A stretch of 64,000 nucleotides of DNA from Alphaproteobacteria bacterium (GTDB lineage: Bacteria > Pseudomonadota > Alphaproteobacteria > GCA-2746255), in the NCBI GenBank assembly GCA_965249135.1, contig OZ252220.1, positions 1,984,001 to 2,048,000 of the forward strand. The letters run 5' to 3'. The translations under genes and the position numbers were made by a program. The notes below the pieces were generated by a model, which did not search any database, was not told the DNA's origin, and saw only the letters and a program-made list of their open reading frames with translations. Numbering within the stretch: the stretch's first letter is position 1; each line of letters starts with the position of its first letter. Of this stretch, positions 18,095 through 27,779 are shown in pieces.

Positions 18095-18802
18095 ATGACC
18101 GACCAAAACCCGATTTCTCGCCCTAAACTCGAGGCCATGCTGACGGCCGGCCACGAGATCCTGGAATGCTACCGGCTGCTCACCAAGACAGGCGACAACG
18201 TCGTCGGCGAGCTGATTCGCGGTCACGAGACCTTCTATGAGTGGAATCACTATCCCGAGGGGGATGCCTACGATCCGGAGACCCATTCCCAGTACTACTA
18301 CCACGCCCATCGGGAGGATCGGGAGGAACACGGCCATTTCCACACCTTCCTGCGGCCAAAGGGCATGCCTTCGGATATCCTGCCGGCTCTTTTGGCGGAT
18401 TTCGAGCCGCCTGAAGGCGACAACGCCGCCCTCAGCCATCTCATCGCCATCTCGATGGATGCCCATGGGTACCCGACCGGACTGTTCACCACGAACCGCT
18501 GGGTGACCGGCGAGGTCTGGTATGCCGCAAAGGATGTCTGCCGGATGGTTGAAATTTTCGAGATGGATCAGGCGCGTCCATCCTGGCCAGTCAATCGCTG
18601 GGTTACGGCAATGCTGCGGCTTTTTCAGCCGGAAATTTTTGATCTCCTTTCACGTCGCGACGCGGCGGTAAAAGCCTGGGAGGAGAAGCATCCGGATCGC
18701 AATGTTTACGAAGACCGGGAATTCGAGGTCGCTTCCGAAATCGACATTTCCGTGGAGGGTAAACTTCGCCAACTCGAAGCGATGCTCCAGGAAAGCGCCT
18801 GA
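18095..18802 (+). CDS. DUF6969-like His-rich hypothetical protein
   Basis: HYPEGDAYD, QYYYHAH, EHGHFHTF, LFTTNRWVTGEVW. Confidence 0.7.
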   Translation: MTDQNPISRPKLEAMLTAGHEILECYRLLTKTGDNVVGELIRGHETFYEWNHYPEGDAYDPETHSQYYYHAHREDREEHGHFHTFLRPKGMPSDILPALLADFEPPEGDNAALSHLIAISMDAHGYPTGLFTTNRWVTGEVWYAAKDVCRMVEIFEMDQARPSWPVNRWVTAMLRLFQPEIFDLLSRRDAAVKAWEEKHPDRNVYEDREFEVASEIDISVEGKLRQLEAMLQESA

Positions 18803-18830
18803 TATCGGCGCGATTCATCGGTCGAAATGG

Positions 18831-18870
18831 AAAAGGCGCCGCTACCCGTTAAGGTGACAGCGCCTTAAAA
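18831..18870. terminator. Hairpin/terminator between convergent genes
   Basis: AAAAGGCGC...GCGCCTT inverted repeat. Confidence 0.55.
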
Positions 18871-18888
18871 GCATGCGGTTCGGAAGGC

Positions 18889-19266
18889 TTACTTTGCCGC
18901 TTCCTTCAAATACGCGATTAGATTCTGGCGTTGGGCTTCCTTCTTCAGTCCCGGGAAGGCCATTTTGTTGCCTTTAATGTAGGTCTTCGGGCTTGCAAGA
19001 TAGGCGTCGATCGTTTCTTCGTTCCAGGTGACGCCCGCCGCCTGCATCGCCTTCGAGTAGTTGAAACCTTCCGCCGTTCCCGATTTCCGACCGAAGATGC
19101 CGGCAAGGGAGGGACCTACTTTGTGTTTGCCAGCCTCCAATGTGTGACAGGCTTTGCACTTTTTAAAAACCTTTGCGCCTTTTTTCGCGTCACCCGCCAA
19201 CGCGGATACACTCGACAGTGCGAGCACTAAGGCAACCGAAACGGCCAGAATCTTCGATGATTTCAT
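18889..19266 (-). CDS. Class I cytochrome c (c2/c550 family)
   Basis: Signal peptide, [22 protein letters not shown]. Confidence 0.95.
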   Translation of the reverse strand: MKSSKILAVSVALVLALSSVSALAGDAKKGAKVFKKCKACHTLEAGKHKVGPSLAGIFGRKSGTAEGFNYSKAMQAAGVTWNEETIDAYLASPKTYIKGNKMAFPGLKKEAQRQNLIAYLKEAAK

Positions 19267-19420
19267 CTATTCTCTCCTGAACCTTTCACAGGCTTGGGGA
19301 ATTCGTTCAAAATGCGTCCGCAGTATCCGAAAGATATAGGCGCCTTGCAACCGGTTAGCTGGAAATCGGCCGAATCATTGTTCCCATACGGGACGCACCC
19401 TCAGACGTAATGCCCGCGTC

Positions 19421-20530
19421 TTAAAAAGGCGTAAATCCAGACTGACCCCCCATACGACGGTAACGGAAAGGGGGCGGCGCCTCGCCAGGCTCGCTTTCCA
19501 CCAAGCGTCTTACCAAGTCGTGGTCTGGGGAAAGTTCACAGACCGGGTCCGTGTTTGCCGCGTTTCCGGTCAACATCAGCGCCTGGCAACGACAGCCCCC
19601 CCAATCGACTTCTCGCCGGTCGCAGGACCGGCAGGGCTCTGGCATCCAGTCGGTACCTCGGAAACGATGGAAGGCGTCCGATTCCAACCAGATATCGGTC
19701 AAACTCCGCTCCCGGACATTGTCGAAGTGAAGGTCGGGGATGGTCTCGGCGGCATGGCACGGAAGCACCTTGCCGGATGGGCTTACATTCAGGAATTGGT
19801 TGCCCCATCCGCCCATGCAGGCCTTTGGCCGCCTCGCATAGTAATCCGGCGGCACGTAATCGATGAGTAGAACCCCCTTCAGCCGCTCTTCCGCCTCCAC
19901 GACGACGGCATTTGCCGCTTCAATCTGCTCACGGCTGGGAAGCAGTGCACGTCGGTTTTCGATGGCCCATCCGTAATATTGGGCATGGGCGATCTCCAGC
20001 CGTCCGGCGCCGAGATCGACGGCAAGATCAATCATTGCGTCCAGCCGCTCCAGATTCTGGCGGTGAAAGACGCAATTGATCGTGAGCGCAAGGCCGGCAT
20101 CGCGAATAAGCCGTGCCACCGTAAGTTTCTTTTTGTGTGCACCTTGTATGCCGGCGATCCGGTCTGCTGGCTCAGCAGAGACGTCCTGAAGACTGAGTTG
20201 AACATGCTCGAGGCCAGCTTTCCTAAGTGCGGCAATCTTCGATTCATCAAGGGGGATGCCAGAAGTGATCAGGTTCGTATAAAGCCCAAGGCCTGTGGCA
20301 TGGCGAACGAGGGTGGAGAGGTCCTTGCGAGCGGCGGGTTCGCCGCCGGAGAAGTGGATTTGATAGGCGCCAAGGGCAGCTGCTTCCTCCACTACCCGGC
20401 ACCATTCCTCCGTTCCTAGTTCGTCGCCTACGCCCTCCAGTGCCAGCGGGTTCGAGCAATATGGGCATTGCAGCGGGCAGCGGTGGGTGAGCTCGGCTAG
20501 CACGGCAAGAGGGGGTGCCGGCGTGTTCAT
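19421..20530 (-). CDS. pqqE: PQQ biosynthesis radical SAM/SPASM enzyme
   Basis: ELTHRCPLQCPYCSNP, KACMGGWG, DWGGCRCQA. Confidence 0.97.
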   Translation of the reverse strand: MNTPAPPLAVLAELTHRCPLQCPYCSNPLALEGVGDELGTEEWCRVVEEAAALGAYQIHFSGGEPAARKDLSTLVRHATGLGLYTNLITSGIPLDESKIAALRKAGLEHVQLSLQDVSAEPADRIAGIQGAHKKKLTVARLIRDAGLALTINCVFHRQNLERLDAMIDLAVDLGAGRLEIAHAQYYGWAIENRRALLPSREQIEAANAVVVEAEERLKGVLLIDYVPPDYYARRPKACMGGWGNQFLNVSPSGKVLPCHAAETIPDLHFDNVRERSLTDIWLESDAFHRFRGTDWMPEPCRSCDRREVDWGGCRCQALMLTGNAANTDPVCELSPDHDLVRRLVESEPGEAPPPFRYRRMGGQSGFTPF

Positions 20531-20814
20531 ACCGCAAGGATCCCCTGATCCGCGAGGTCCTGAAGAAGCTCCAATACGTCCTCCCCAACCCTTTCGCTGG
20601 AGGTCTCGTAGCGCTCGGCAAGGGTTGTAACCATAGCAGCAACGGATGAATTCCCATCGCAGAGCTTCAGTACCTCGACCGCGATTTCGTCTGGCACGAG
20701 AAGGCGTTCCGGGGCCAGCACGATCCACCGCCCGCGCTTTTCATCGAAACGAAACCGAACATGCGGCGCAAGTCGTGGCATGGTCTCGGTGTCAAGCACA
20801 CGTCGTTTATTCAT
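20527..20814 (-). CDS. pqqD: PQQ peptide chaperone
   Basis: WIVLAPER, LCDG; 95 aa between pqqC and pqqE. Confidence 0.95.
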   Translation of the reverse strand: MNKRRVLDTETMPRLAPHVRFRFDEKRGRWIVLAPERLLVPDEIAVEVLKLCDGNSSVAAMVTTLAERYETSSERVGEDVLELLQDLADQGILAV

Positions 20815-21551
20815 GCACCGCTCTCCGGTTGGAAGGCGCCAGGTGGAACCCGTCCGGGATCAACATAGGCATAGGTAAGCGCATCCAGCTGTGTCCACAA
20901 AACGTCACATTTGAAGTGGAGGGCCTGAAGGACGCGTTGCTGGGCTTCTGCCGTTCGTGCTTCCCTCTTCACATAGTCGAGGGCAAAATCGGCGTCCCGC
21001 GTTGCCTGGTCGAGGCGCTTGCGAAAATAGGAAAGCGTCGTCTCATCGATGAAATCGTAGTGTTCCAGCATGCCGGCGATCCGCTCGCGATGGATTTTCG
21101 GCGCGAAGAGTTCCGTCAATGAAGAGGCGATTCCCTCAAGAAGGGATCGCTCGGCGACGAAGTGAACATAGGCTTTCACGGCAAACCGCGTGGCTGGCAG
21201 GACCCCTTGCATGGAGACGACGTCGTCCCGGGGAAGTCCCAGGCCATCCGTCAGTTTCAGCCAACGGGCGATACCCCCCTCGCGTTCCGGCGTCCCGTCG
21301 TGATCCTCGATGCGAACACGCCAGGCGCGTCGGAGTGCCGGGTCCGTCATACGCGAAAGCAGCACGGCATCCTTGATCGGAATGTGCGCTTGATAGCAAT
21401 AGCGGTTAAGTGCCCAAGCCTGCACCTGTCCTTTCCGAAGCTTCCCTCCGTGAAGAAGTGCATGGAAAGGATGCTTGTCATGATAGCGCTCGGCTCCGAT
21501 CGCATGCAGCGCCGCTTCAAGTTCATCCGGTGTCAATGGCACGCCACTCAC
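20811..21551 (-). CDS. pqqC: PQQ synthase
   Basis: RYHDKHPFH, IPIKDA, SSLTELFAP, LWTQLDAL. Confidence 0.97.
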   Translation of the reverse strand: MSGVPLTPDELEAALHAIGAERYHDKHPFHALLHGGKLRKGQVQAWALNRYCYQAHIPIKDAVLLSRMTDPALRRAWRVRIEDHDGTPEREGGIARWLKLTDGLGLPRDDVVSMQGVLPATRFAVKAYVHFVAERSLLEGIASSLTELFAPKIHRERIAGMLEHYDFIDETTLSYFRKRLDQATRDADFALDYVKREARTAEAQQRVLQALHFKCDVLWTQLDALTYAYVDPGRVPPGAFQPESGA

Positions 21552-22480
21552 AACTGAATCTCCATGCCGTCATAGGCCACTTCCCAGCCCTTCTCGGTAA
21601 CCGACTCGCGTTCCGGCGAATCATCCATGAGAACAGGGTTCGTATTGTTGAGATGAACGAAGATTTTCCGTTTCACCTCTAACGTCCGAAAGGCGGCAAG
21701 GCTACCTTCTTCACCGGAGATACTCATGTGTCCCATACGCTTTCCCGTCTTTACGCCAGTGCCGGCCGTGACCATTTCATCGTCCTGCCATAGCGTTCCG
21801 TCGAAAAACACAAGGGGCGTCTTACGAAGGCGCTTCGCCAACCCATCGGGGAAGGCCGCGCAGCCCGGTATGTAATAGAAATAACCATCCCCCGTCTCGG
21901 ATGCCACCCGAAGCGCGATGGTGTCTTCCGCAACGCTGCCGAAATCTGGTCCCGCCGTCGGATCCTCCAGATAAAGCGCCACTTTCCCCGGGACGGTGAA
22001 TGCCTCGACGACGAGGCCGGAGGGAGCGCGATCGGCGTTTTCGAGTCGCGTTGGTGTGTCGAGGGTAAATTTTCTCCGGCTCACTACCTCAGGGTTTAGC
22101 GCTTGAAAAATTTGATTTGCATCGAAAGTCCCGTGCACCCTTGCCGTCGCGTAAAGGCTTAACGGTTGCCCCTCACGAAGGGTAAGAAGCCCTGCGATGT
22201 GATCGACATCGGCATTCGTCACCACGACACCGCCAATCGGACTGTGCCTTGCCCCATCCGCTGGATGAAGGGCCGGATTGTCGTTCAGTTGCTGGCGAAG
22301 ATCGGGGGAGGCGTTGAGAAGAAACCAGGGCCCTTCATCCGCGCGCACGGCAAGGGAGGACTGGGTTCTGGGGTGGACTTTCGGATCCCCCGAACGGGCG
22401 CGCTGGCAGACGGGGCAGTTACAGTTCCACTGAGGGAGCCCCCCACCGGCAGCCGATCCCAGAACGAGAATCTGCAACAA
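21548..22480 (-). CDS. pqqB: PQQ biosynthesis protein B
   Basis: LGSAAGGGLPQWNCNC, RMGHM, HLNNTNP. Confidence 0.97.
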   Translation of the reverse strand: MLQILVLGSAAGGGLPQWNCNCPVCQRARSGDPKVHPRTQSSLAVRADEGPWFLLNASPDLRQQLNDNPALHPADGARHSPIGGVVVTNADVDHIAGLLTLREGQPLSLYATARVHGTFDANQIFQALNPEVVSRRKFTLDTPTRLENADRAPSGLVVEAFTVPGKVALYLEDPTAGPDFGSVAEDTIALRVASETGDGYFYYIPGCAAFPDGLAKRLRKTPLVFFDGTLWQDDEMVTAGTGVKTGKRMGHMSISGEEGSLAAFRTLEVKRKIFVHLNNTNPVLMDDSPERESVTEKGWEVAYDGMEIQL

Positions 22481-22539
22481 CCGGCGCCTCCCGTTGCGAT
22501 GTTTTCTTCGAGGGCTGTGTGAAACTTAAAAGTTTGAAA

Positions 22540-22623
22540 TCAGCCTTCCGCACAGGCGTAGGCGTTGATCTCAAGGCCGATGCGGATCACTTCGATCCGG
22601 GGTTTCTTCCACTGCTTTCGCAT
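22540..22623 (-). CDS. pqqA: PQQ precursor peptide MRKQWKKPRIEVIRIGLEINAYACAEG
   Basis: W-x-x-P and E-x-x-x-Y (EINAY) motifs; immediately upstream of pqqB. Confidence 0.93.
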   Translation of the reverse strand: MRKQWKKPRIEVIRIGLEINAYACAEG

Positions 22624-22741
22624 ATCTGCTTCCCTGGGCCTTGTCTTCTTTTCGTCTAAGGCCTTTCCATGCAAAGTATGGCCTTTCCGTCTGCAGAGAG
22701 GCAAGGGCTTTATCTGGAGGATGGGGAGGTAAGGTACCGCA

Positions 22742-23746
22742 ATGCTGCGAAGGCAAAGAGCCCAATGGAAAATATTGCTGGTCACGGCGCTTATCCTCGC
22801 CGTTGCGCCTGCCGGAGCCGTGTCCACTCAAGAGGCCACGCCGTTAATCCGGCTTGCCGTCCTGAAATACGGTTCCGTGGCCTGGGAACGCGACGTGATC
22901 GAACACCATGGGCTTGATCGCAAACATGGCTTTACCCTGGATACCGTCGAGCTTGCCGGCACACAGGCCTTGAAGGTTGCGCTCCAGGCGAATCGCGTCG
23001 ATATCATTCTCTCCGATTGGCTCTGGGTTTCCCGCATTCGCCAGATGGGTTCCGATGTTACCTTCGCCCCCTATGGGGCGTGGGCGGGCGGACTCGTGGT
23101 TTCGGCGGACTCCTCGGTCCAAACTCTCGCGGCGTTGCGGGATCGCCGCCTCGGTGTTGCCGGTGGGCCGATCGATAAGAATTGGCTTCTCTTGCGGGCA
23201 TTGGTCGCTCGTGAAGAAGGCATGCGGCTTGTCGAAGCGACGGACGTCGTCTTCGGTGCGCCGCCGCTCTTGCGGATGGAATTACAACAAGGGCGTTTGG
23301 ATGCTGTGCTCACCTATTGGCAAGACGTGGCGAAGCTTCGAATGACCGGATTCCGCCTGCTTATCGACACGGCAGAAGTCGCGAAACGTCTTGGCATTCA
23401 ACGGCGGGTCCCGTTTTTGGGCTATGTCTTCTCGGAAGGGTGGGCGGAGAAGCACCAAAAGACCGTTCTGGGGTTTCTGGCGGCCTCCCGTGAGGCAAAG
23501 GCGATCCTTCGTGATTTGGACGCGGAATGGGACCGGATTGCCCCGCTCACCCGCACACAGAATGAGGCGCAGCTTCATGGCGTACGTGATGCCTATCGGC
23601 GTGGCCTTCTCGATCGCTGGGGAAACGAGGAGCGGACAGCGGCGAAGGCCCTCTTCCGGATTCTTGCTGAAATTGGGGGCGAGCCGTTGACCGGTGGGCA
23701 GGCGGTCCTTGCGGCGGGTACGTTCTGGGCGGAGGACCGATTTTAG
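22742..23746 (+). CDS. ABC transporter substrate-binding protein (NitT/TauT type; possibly PQQ-binding, PqqT-like)
   Basis: Signal peptide, VLKYGSVAWE, DWLWVSR, AGGPIDKNW, FGAPPLL; divergent from pqqA. Confidence 0.8.
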   Translation: MLRRQRAQWKILLVTALILAVAPAGAVSTQEATPLIRLAVLKYGSVAWERDVIEHHGLDRKHGFTLDTVELAGTQALKVALQANRVDIILSDWLWVSRIRQMGSDVTFAPYGAWAGGLVVSADSSVQTLAALRDRRLGVAGGPIDKNWLLLRALVAREEGMRLVEATDVVFGAPPLLRMELQQGRLDAVLTYWQDVAKLRMTGFRLLIDTAEVAKRLGIQRRVPFLGYVFSEGWAEKHQKTVLGFLAASREAKAILRDLDAEWDRIAPLTRTQNEAQLHGVRDAYRRGLLDRWGNEERTAAKALFRILAEIGGEPLTGGQAVLAAGTFWAEDRF

Positions 23747-23749
23747 GGA

Positions 23750-24499
23750 ATGTTCAGCCTGAAAGAACACGCACCGAGGCTTGCCTCTTTTCTCCTCTTT
23801 CTCCTTCTTTGGGAGGTTGGGGCGGTTGCGTTCGAGAGCCGTCTCCTGCCGCTGCCGGAAGCCGTCTTTTCCGTACTGCTTGACGGCCTGCGAAATGGCG
23901 AAATCCCCTATCATATTGCCATTACGCTTGGACGCGTGGCTGCGAGTTTTGTGCTCGCGATGGCGATCGGGTCTGCCGTCGGCATTGCGATGGGGCAATC
24001 TCGGTTGCTTGATCGGTTGTTTGATAGCTGGCTTGTTTTTTTCCTGAACGTTCCTGCGCTGGTCGTCATTTTGCTGGCCTATGTTTGGTTTGGACTGATC
24101 GAAGCCGCCGCGATCTTGGCCGTTGCCGTGAACAAAATCCCAAACGTTGCCGTTACCTTACGGGAAGGCTCTCGTGCACTTGATCGAGACTACCTTGAAA
24201 TGGCGAGAAGTTTTCACTTGAGTTCCATCCGAACGTTTCGCCATGTGGTTCTCCCGCAACTTTCCCCGTATTTCCTTGCCTCTGCGCGTTCCGGACTGGC
24301 GTTGATCTGGAAGATTGTCCTCGTCGTCGAACTGCTTGGGCGAAGTGATGGGGTCGGCTTTCAATTGCATCTCTATTTTCAACTGTTCGACGTGACTTCC
24401 ATTCTTGCCTACACCCTGGCCTTCATTGCCGTCGTGCTGGTGATCGAAGCGACGGCCCTTCGGCCGCTTGACCGTCGGGCGCTTCGGTGGCGGCGATGA
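23750..24499 (+). CDS. ABC transporter permease (NitT/TauT)
   Basis: TM helices, EAA-like loop, WKIVLVVELLGRSDGVG. Confidence 0.9.
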   Translation: MFSLKEHAPRLASFLLFLLLWEVGAVAFESRLLPLPEAVFSVLLDGLRNGEIPYHIAITLGRVAASFVLAMAIGSAVGIAMGQSRLLDRLFDSWLVFFLNVPALVVILLAYVWFGLIEAAAILAVAVNKIPNVAVTLREGSRALDRDYLEMARSFHLSSIRTFRHVVLPQLSPYFLASARSGLALIWKIVLVVELLGRSDGVGFQLHLYFQLFDVTSILAYTLAFIAVVLVIEATALRPLDRRALRWRR

Positions 24500-25245
24500 G
24501 CGGAATCCGGGTCGATGTCCATGCGAAGCACTTTCCGGATACAACCGGGGCCGGGTTGCGGAAGGTCCTCGACACACTCCGTTTTACGGCCGAAAAGGGG
24601 GAATTTCTAGCCATCGTCGGGCCATCCGGCTGCGGCAAGACGACGCTTCTCAACCTGATTGCGGGTCTGGATTTGGCTTACGAGGGCAATGTCGAACTTC
24701 CTCTCGCATCCGGAAAGGACATGCCTGCCATCGGTTATGTCTTTCAAAATCCGCGCCTGCTTCCTTGGCGGACGGTGCTCGAAAACATCCACCTTGTACT
24801 CGAACACCCTGGGAAGAAGGCGGCCCTTGTAGAGGCACTGCTAGAAGAAACCGGTCTCTCGGAATTCCAGGATGCGTACCCTGGGAAACTCTCCCTCGGT
24901 CAATGCCGGCGCGCCGCCATCGTCCGCGCCTTTGCCCCTGAACCGGACCTGCTCCTTATGGATGAACCTTTCGTCTCGCTCGATGCGACGACGGCCGAAC
25001 GGCTTCGCCAGCTCCTTCTGCGAATTTGGCAGGTTCGCCCGACGACAGTTCTGTTCGTCACGCACGATCTGGACGAAGCGATCACGCTTGCCGATCGCAT
25101 TCTCGTTCTTTCGGATATTCCGGCGACGGTGGTGGCGGATGTGCCGGTCACGATTCCACGCGAGAAACGCATGGACGCTGCGTTGATCGATGAATTCCGG
25201 CGCCGTCTTCCTGAATCCAAGGCAACCGGTTCGTCGGATTCCTAA
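24496..25245 (+). CDS. ABC transporter ATP-binding protein
   Basis: GPSGCGKT, LSLGQ, LLMDEPF, FVTHD. Confidence 0.93.
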   Translation: MSGIRVDVHAKHFPDTTGAGLRKVLDTLRFTAEKGEFLAIVGPSGCGKTTLLNLIAGLDLAYEGNVELPLASGKDMPAIGYVFQNPRLLPWRTVLENIHLVLEHPGKKAALVEALLEETGLSEFQDAYPGKLSLGQCRRAAIVRAFAPEPDLLLMDEPFVSLDATTAERLRQLLLRIWQVRPTTVLFVTHDLDEAITLADRILVLSDIPATVVADVPVTIPREKRMDAALIDEFRRRLPESKATGSSDS

Positions 25246-25249
25246 TGCC

Positions 25250-26053
25250 CTAGGTACCAACCTTCCGCTGCATCATGCCGCGTGCCGGGTTGTAACCAAG
25301 GACGGCGAGGGCTAGGAACAAAACAAAAGTTCCGGTGGTGATGGCGATGGCCCAGAGATTAACCTCGCCGTATAGCGCAAAGCGGATGGTTTCGACTGCA
25401 TGGGTGAACGGGTTGAAGCGGCAAATCTCATAAAGCAACACGCTCGACTCTTGCATTTTCCAAAGCGGGTAAAGTGCGGAAGATAGAAAGAACATCGGGA
25501 AAATCACGAAGTTCATGATACCAGCGAAGTTCTCAAGTTGGCGAATGGCAGACGAAAGCAAAAGCCCAAGTGCACCGAGCATAAGACCAGAAAGGACCAG
25601 TGCTGGAAAGATGGTGACATAGCCAAGGATCGGTGCCTCGATGCCGATCAGCCAGGCAATGCCCAGAAAGGCGTAGACTTGCAGGATCGAGACGAAGGTT
25701 CCCGCCATAAGTTTACAAATTAAGAGATACCATCGGGGCAGCGGGCTTACGAGAAGCGTGCGCATGCTTCCCATTTCCCTGTCGTAAACCATCGAGAGGG
25801 AACTTTGCATGCCGTTGAAGAGTTGGATCATGCCGATGAGACCGGGGACGATATAGACCTCGTAGGTGATATAGGTTTCGTAAGGTGGAATAATCGAAAT
25901 ACCAAGCGCTGCTCGGAAGCCGGCTGCAAAAACGACAAGCCAGATGAGAGGACGAACGAGAGCGGCGAGAAACCGTTCGCGCTGTTGTATGAATCGCAGT
26001 GCCTCGCGGGTCAGAATCCCGATAAAGCAACGGAGGTAATGCATGGCACTCAC
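25250..26053 (-). CDS. ABC-2 permease of the PQQ-dependent alcohol dehydrogenase-associated system (PedC-like)
   Basis: ALVRPLIWL, MQSSLSMVYDREMGSMR, QLENFAGIMNFVIFPMFF. Confidence 0.9.
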   Translation of the reverse strand: MSAMHYLRCFIGILTREALRFIQQRERFLAALVRPLIWLVVFAAGFRAALGISIIPPYETYITYEVYIVPGLIGMIQLFNGMQSSLSMVYDREMGSMRTLLVSPLPRWYLLICKLMAGTFVSILQVYAFLGIAWLIGIEAPILGYVTIFPALVLSGLMLGALGLLLSSAIRQLENFAGIMNFVIFPMFFLSSALYPLWKMQESSVLLYEICRFNPFTHAVETIRFALYGEVNLWAIAITTGTFVLFLALAVLGYNPARGMMQRKVGT

Positions 26054-26814
26054 GCGGCGCCCTCCATCGGCGTCAGTTTCGTGAAGGCGTCGCCAATCGT
26101 TGCCACGCCAGCCGCTCGAACGACGTCTGCAACCGAGCCCTCGGCCTGAATCCGTCCTTCATGCAGCAAGACGATACGATCGGTGGGTGCAATTTCATCG
26201 ATCAGATGCGTTGCCCAAAGAACGGCGATCCCTTCGTCTTCGCAGAGATGATGAATGTGATCGATGATGGCTTGGCGGGTTGGAACGTCCAGACCGACGG
26301 TAGGTTCGTCTAGTAGAAGAAGGCGCGGCCGGTGAAGGAGTGCGCGGGCGATTTCAACCCGGCGGCGGTGTCCACTGTTGAGTGTCCGGACCTTCTCGTT
26401 TCGACGCTCTTCCATGCCGAGTCGCTGGAGTTCGATTTCGATCCGCGCGAAGACCTCTCGCTTCCGCATGCCACGAAGCGCCGCGTGGTAGCGAAGGTTC
26501 TGCATCACGCTAAGGTCCAAATCCAGCGTCGATTGCTGGAAAACGACCCCCATCTCCGCCAGCGCCGGCAGGGGGGCCGTTTGAACGTTATGACCGCCGA
26601 CGGCGATGGTTCCCTGGCCGGCGTCGTAGAGGCGGGTGATCAGGGAAAAAAGCGTCGTCTTTCCGGCGCCGTTCGGGCCCAAAAGCGCGGTGAACCCACC
26701 CGGCGCAATCGTAAAACCGATGTCGGCAAGGGCTGGTTTCGCGCCATAGCCGAAGCTTATCCCCTCGACGCGAAGAGCCGGCCTTGAACCGCCATTTGGT
26801 TTACGGTCCGACAT
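26050..26814 (-). CDS. ABC ATP-binding protein, PQQ-ADH-associated (PedB-like)
   Basis: GPNGAGKT, HRRRVEIARALLH, LDEPTVGLD, WATHLIDE. Confidence 0.9.
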   Translation of the reverse strand: MSDRKPNGGSRPALRVEGISFGYGAKPALADIGFTIAPGGFTALLGPNGAGKTTLFSLITRLYDAGQGTIAVGGHNVQTAPLPALAEMGVVFQQSTLDLDLSVMQNLRYHAALRGMRKREVFARIEIELQRLGMEERRNEKVRTLNSGHRRRVEIARALLHRPRLLLLDEPTVGLDVPTRQAIIDHIHHLCEDEGIAVLWATHLIDEIAPTDRIVLLHEGRIQAEGSVADVVRAAGVATIGDAFTKLTPMEGAA

Positions 26815-27775
26815 CGATCCCCCAGGGATAGCGACCCGTGGCAACGGATTTCCGAACCTTCAGGGCCTCCACATCGATGATGGAGATGTCGTTGCTGACC
26901 CCGTTCGTCGAATAAAGCCACTTTCCGTCCGGCGAGAAGGCAAGATTCCATACCCTGTTGCCGACAAGAAGATATTTCTCCACCTCATAAGTATGACGGT
27001 TCACTACGGCGACGTGATTTGCCGGACCGAGCGCCACGAATGACCGTGAGCCGTCCCCAGAATGAGCAATGCCGACCGGCTGGATCTTCTCGGATTCGAT
27101 GCCAGAGATGGCAAACGCAATTCTTTGGGTAATTTCGTGGGAGGTGCTGTCGATGACATTCACCGTGCCGCCGATCTCGGAGGAAACCCATGCCTCCTTC
27201 GCATCCGGCGTAAAGGCGATGTATCGAGGGCGGCCGTCGACAAGAATGTTCTTGACGACCGTTTGCGTCTCCACCTCGATCCAGTGAACCATGTTTGTGG
27301 TCTCGGAGGTGACGACGGCCCATCGCCCATCCCCGCTTATGCCCACGCCCTCCGGTTCGACTCCGACCGGGATTTCGGCCACGACTTCGCGTTTCTCGAC
27401 GTCGATGACGGTGGCGAGGTTGTCATCTTCATTCGATACATAGAGAAGCCGTCCATTTGGGTGAAGGGCGAAGGTTTCCGGATCATCCCCCGAAGGAAGC
27501 GTATGCGTGATTTTACCCGTCTCCAGATCAAGAACCTGGATCGTATCGTCGTCGCTGGCACAGATGTAAAGCGCCTTCTTGTCGTGGCTTAACGTGATCC
27601 CACGGGGGCGTTGACCGACGGCAATCGTCTGCTTGAGTTCACCTGTCTTGCCATCGAGGATGGCGATCGAATTGTCCTTTTCGTTCGAGACATAGACGGT
27701 CTGAGCGAAAGCCGCATTTGGGACGGAAAGGGCCAATGCCAAAAGTGTGATTCCTAACGCCCGTTTTGCCGCCAT
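26801..27775 (-). CDS. YVTN beta-propeller protein associated with PQQ-dependent catabolism
   Basis: YVSNEKDN, GQRPRGI, VGVEPEG, TSETTNM, SSEIGG. Confidence 0.9.
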   Translation of the reverse strand: MAAKRALGITLLALALSVPNAAFAQTVYVSNEKDNSIAILDGKTGELKQTIAVGQRPRGITLSHDKKALYICASDDDTIQVLDLETGKITHTLPSGDDPETFALHPNGRLLYVSNEDDNLATVIDVEKREVVAEIPVGVEPEGVGISGDGRWAVVTSETTNMVHWIEVETQTVVKNILVDGRPRYIAFTPDAKEAWVSSEIGGTVNVIDSTSHEITQRIAFAISGIESEKIQPVGIAHSGDGSRSFVALGPANHVAVVNRHTYEVEKYLLVGNRVWNLAFSPDGKWLYSTNGVSNDISIIDVEALKVRKSVATGRYPWGIDVGP

Positions 27776-27779
27776 GGTC

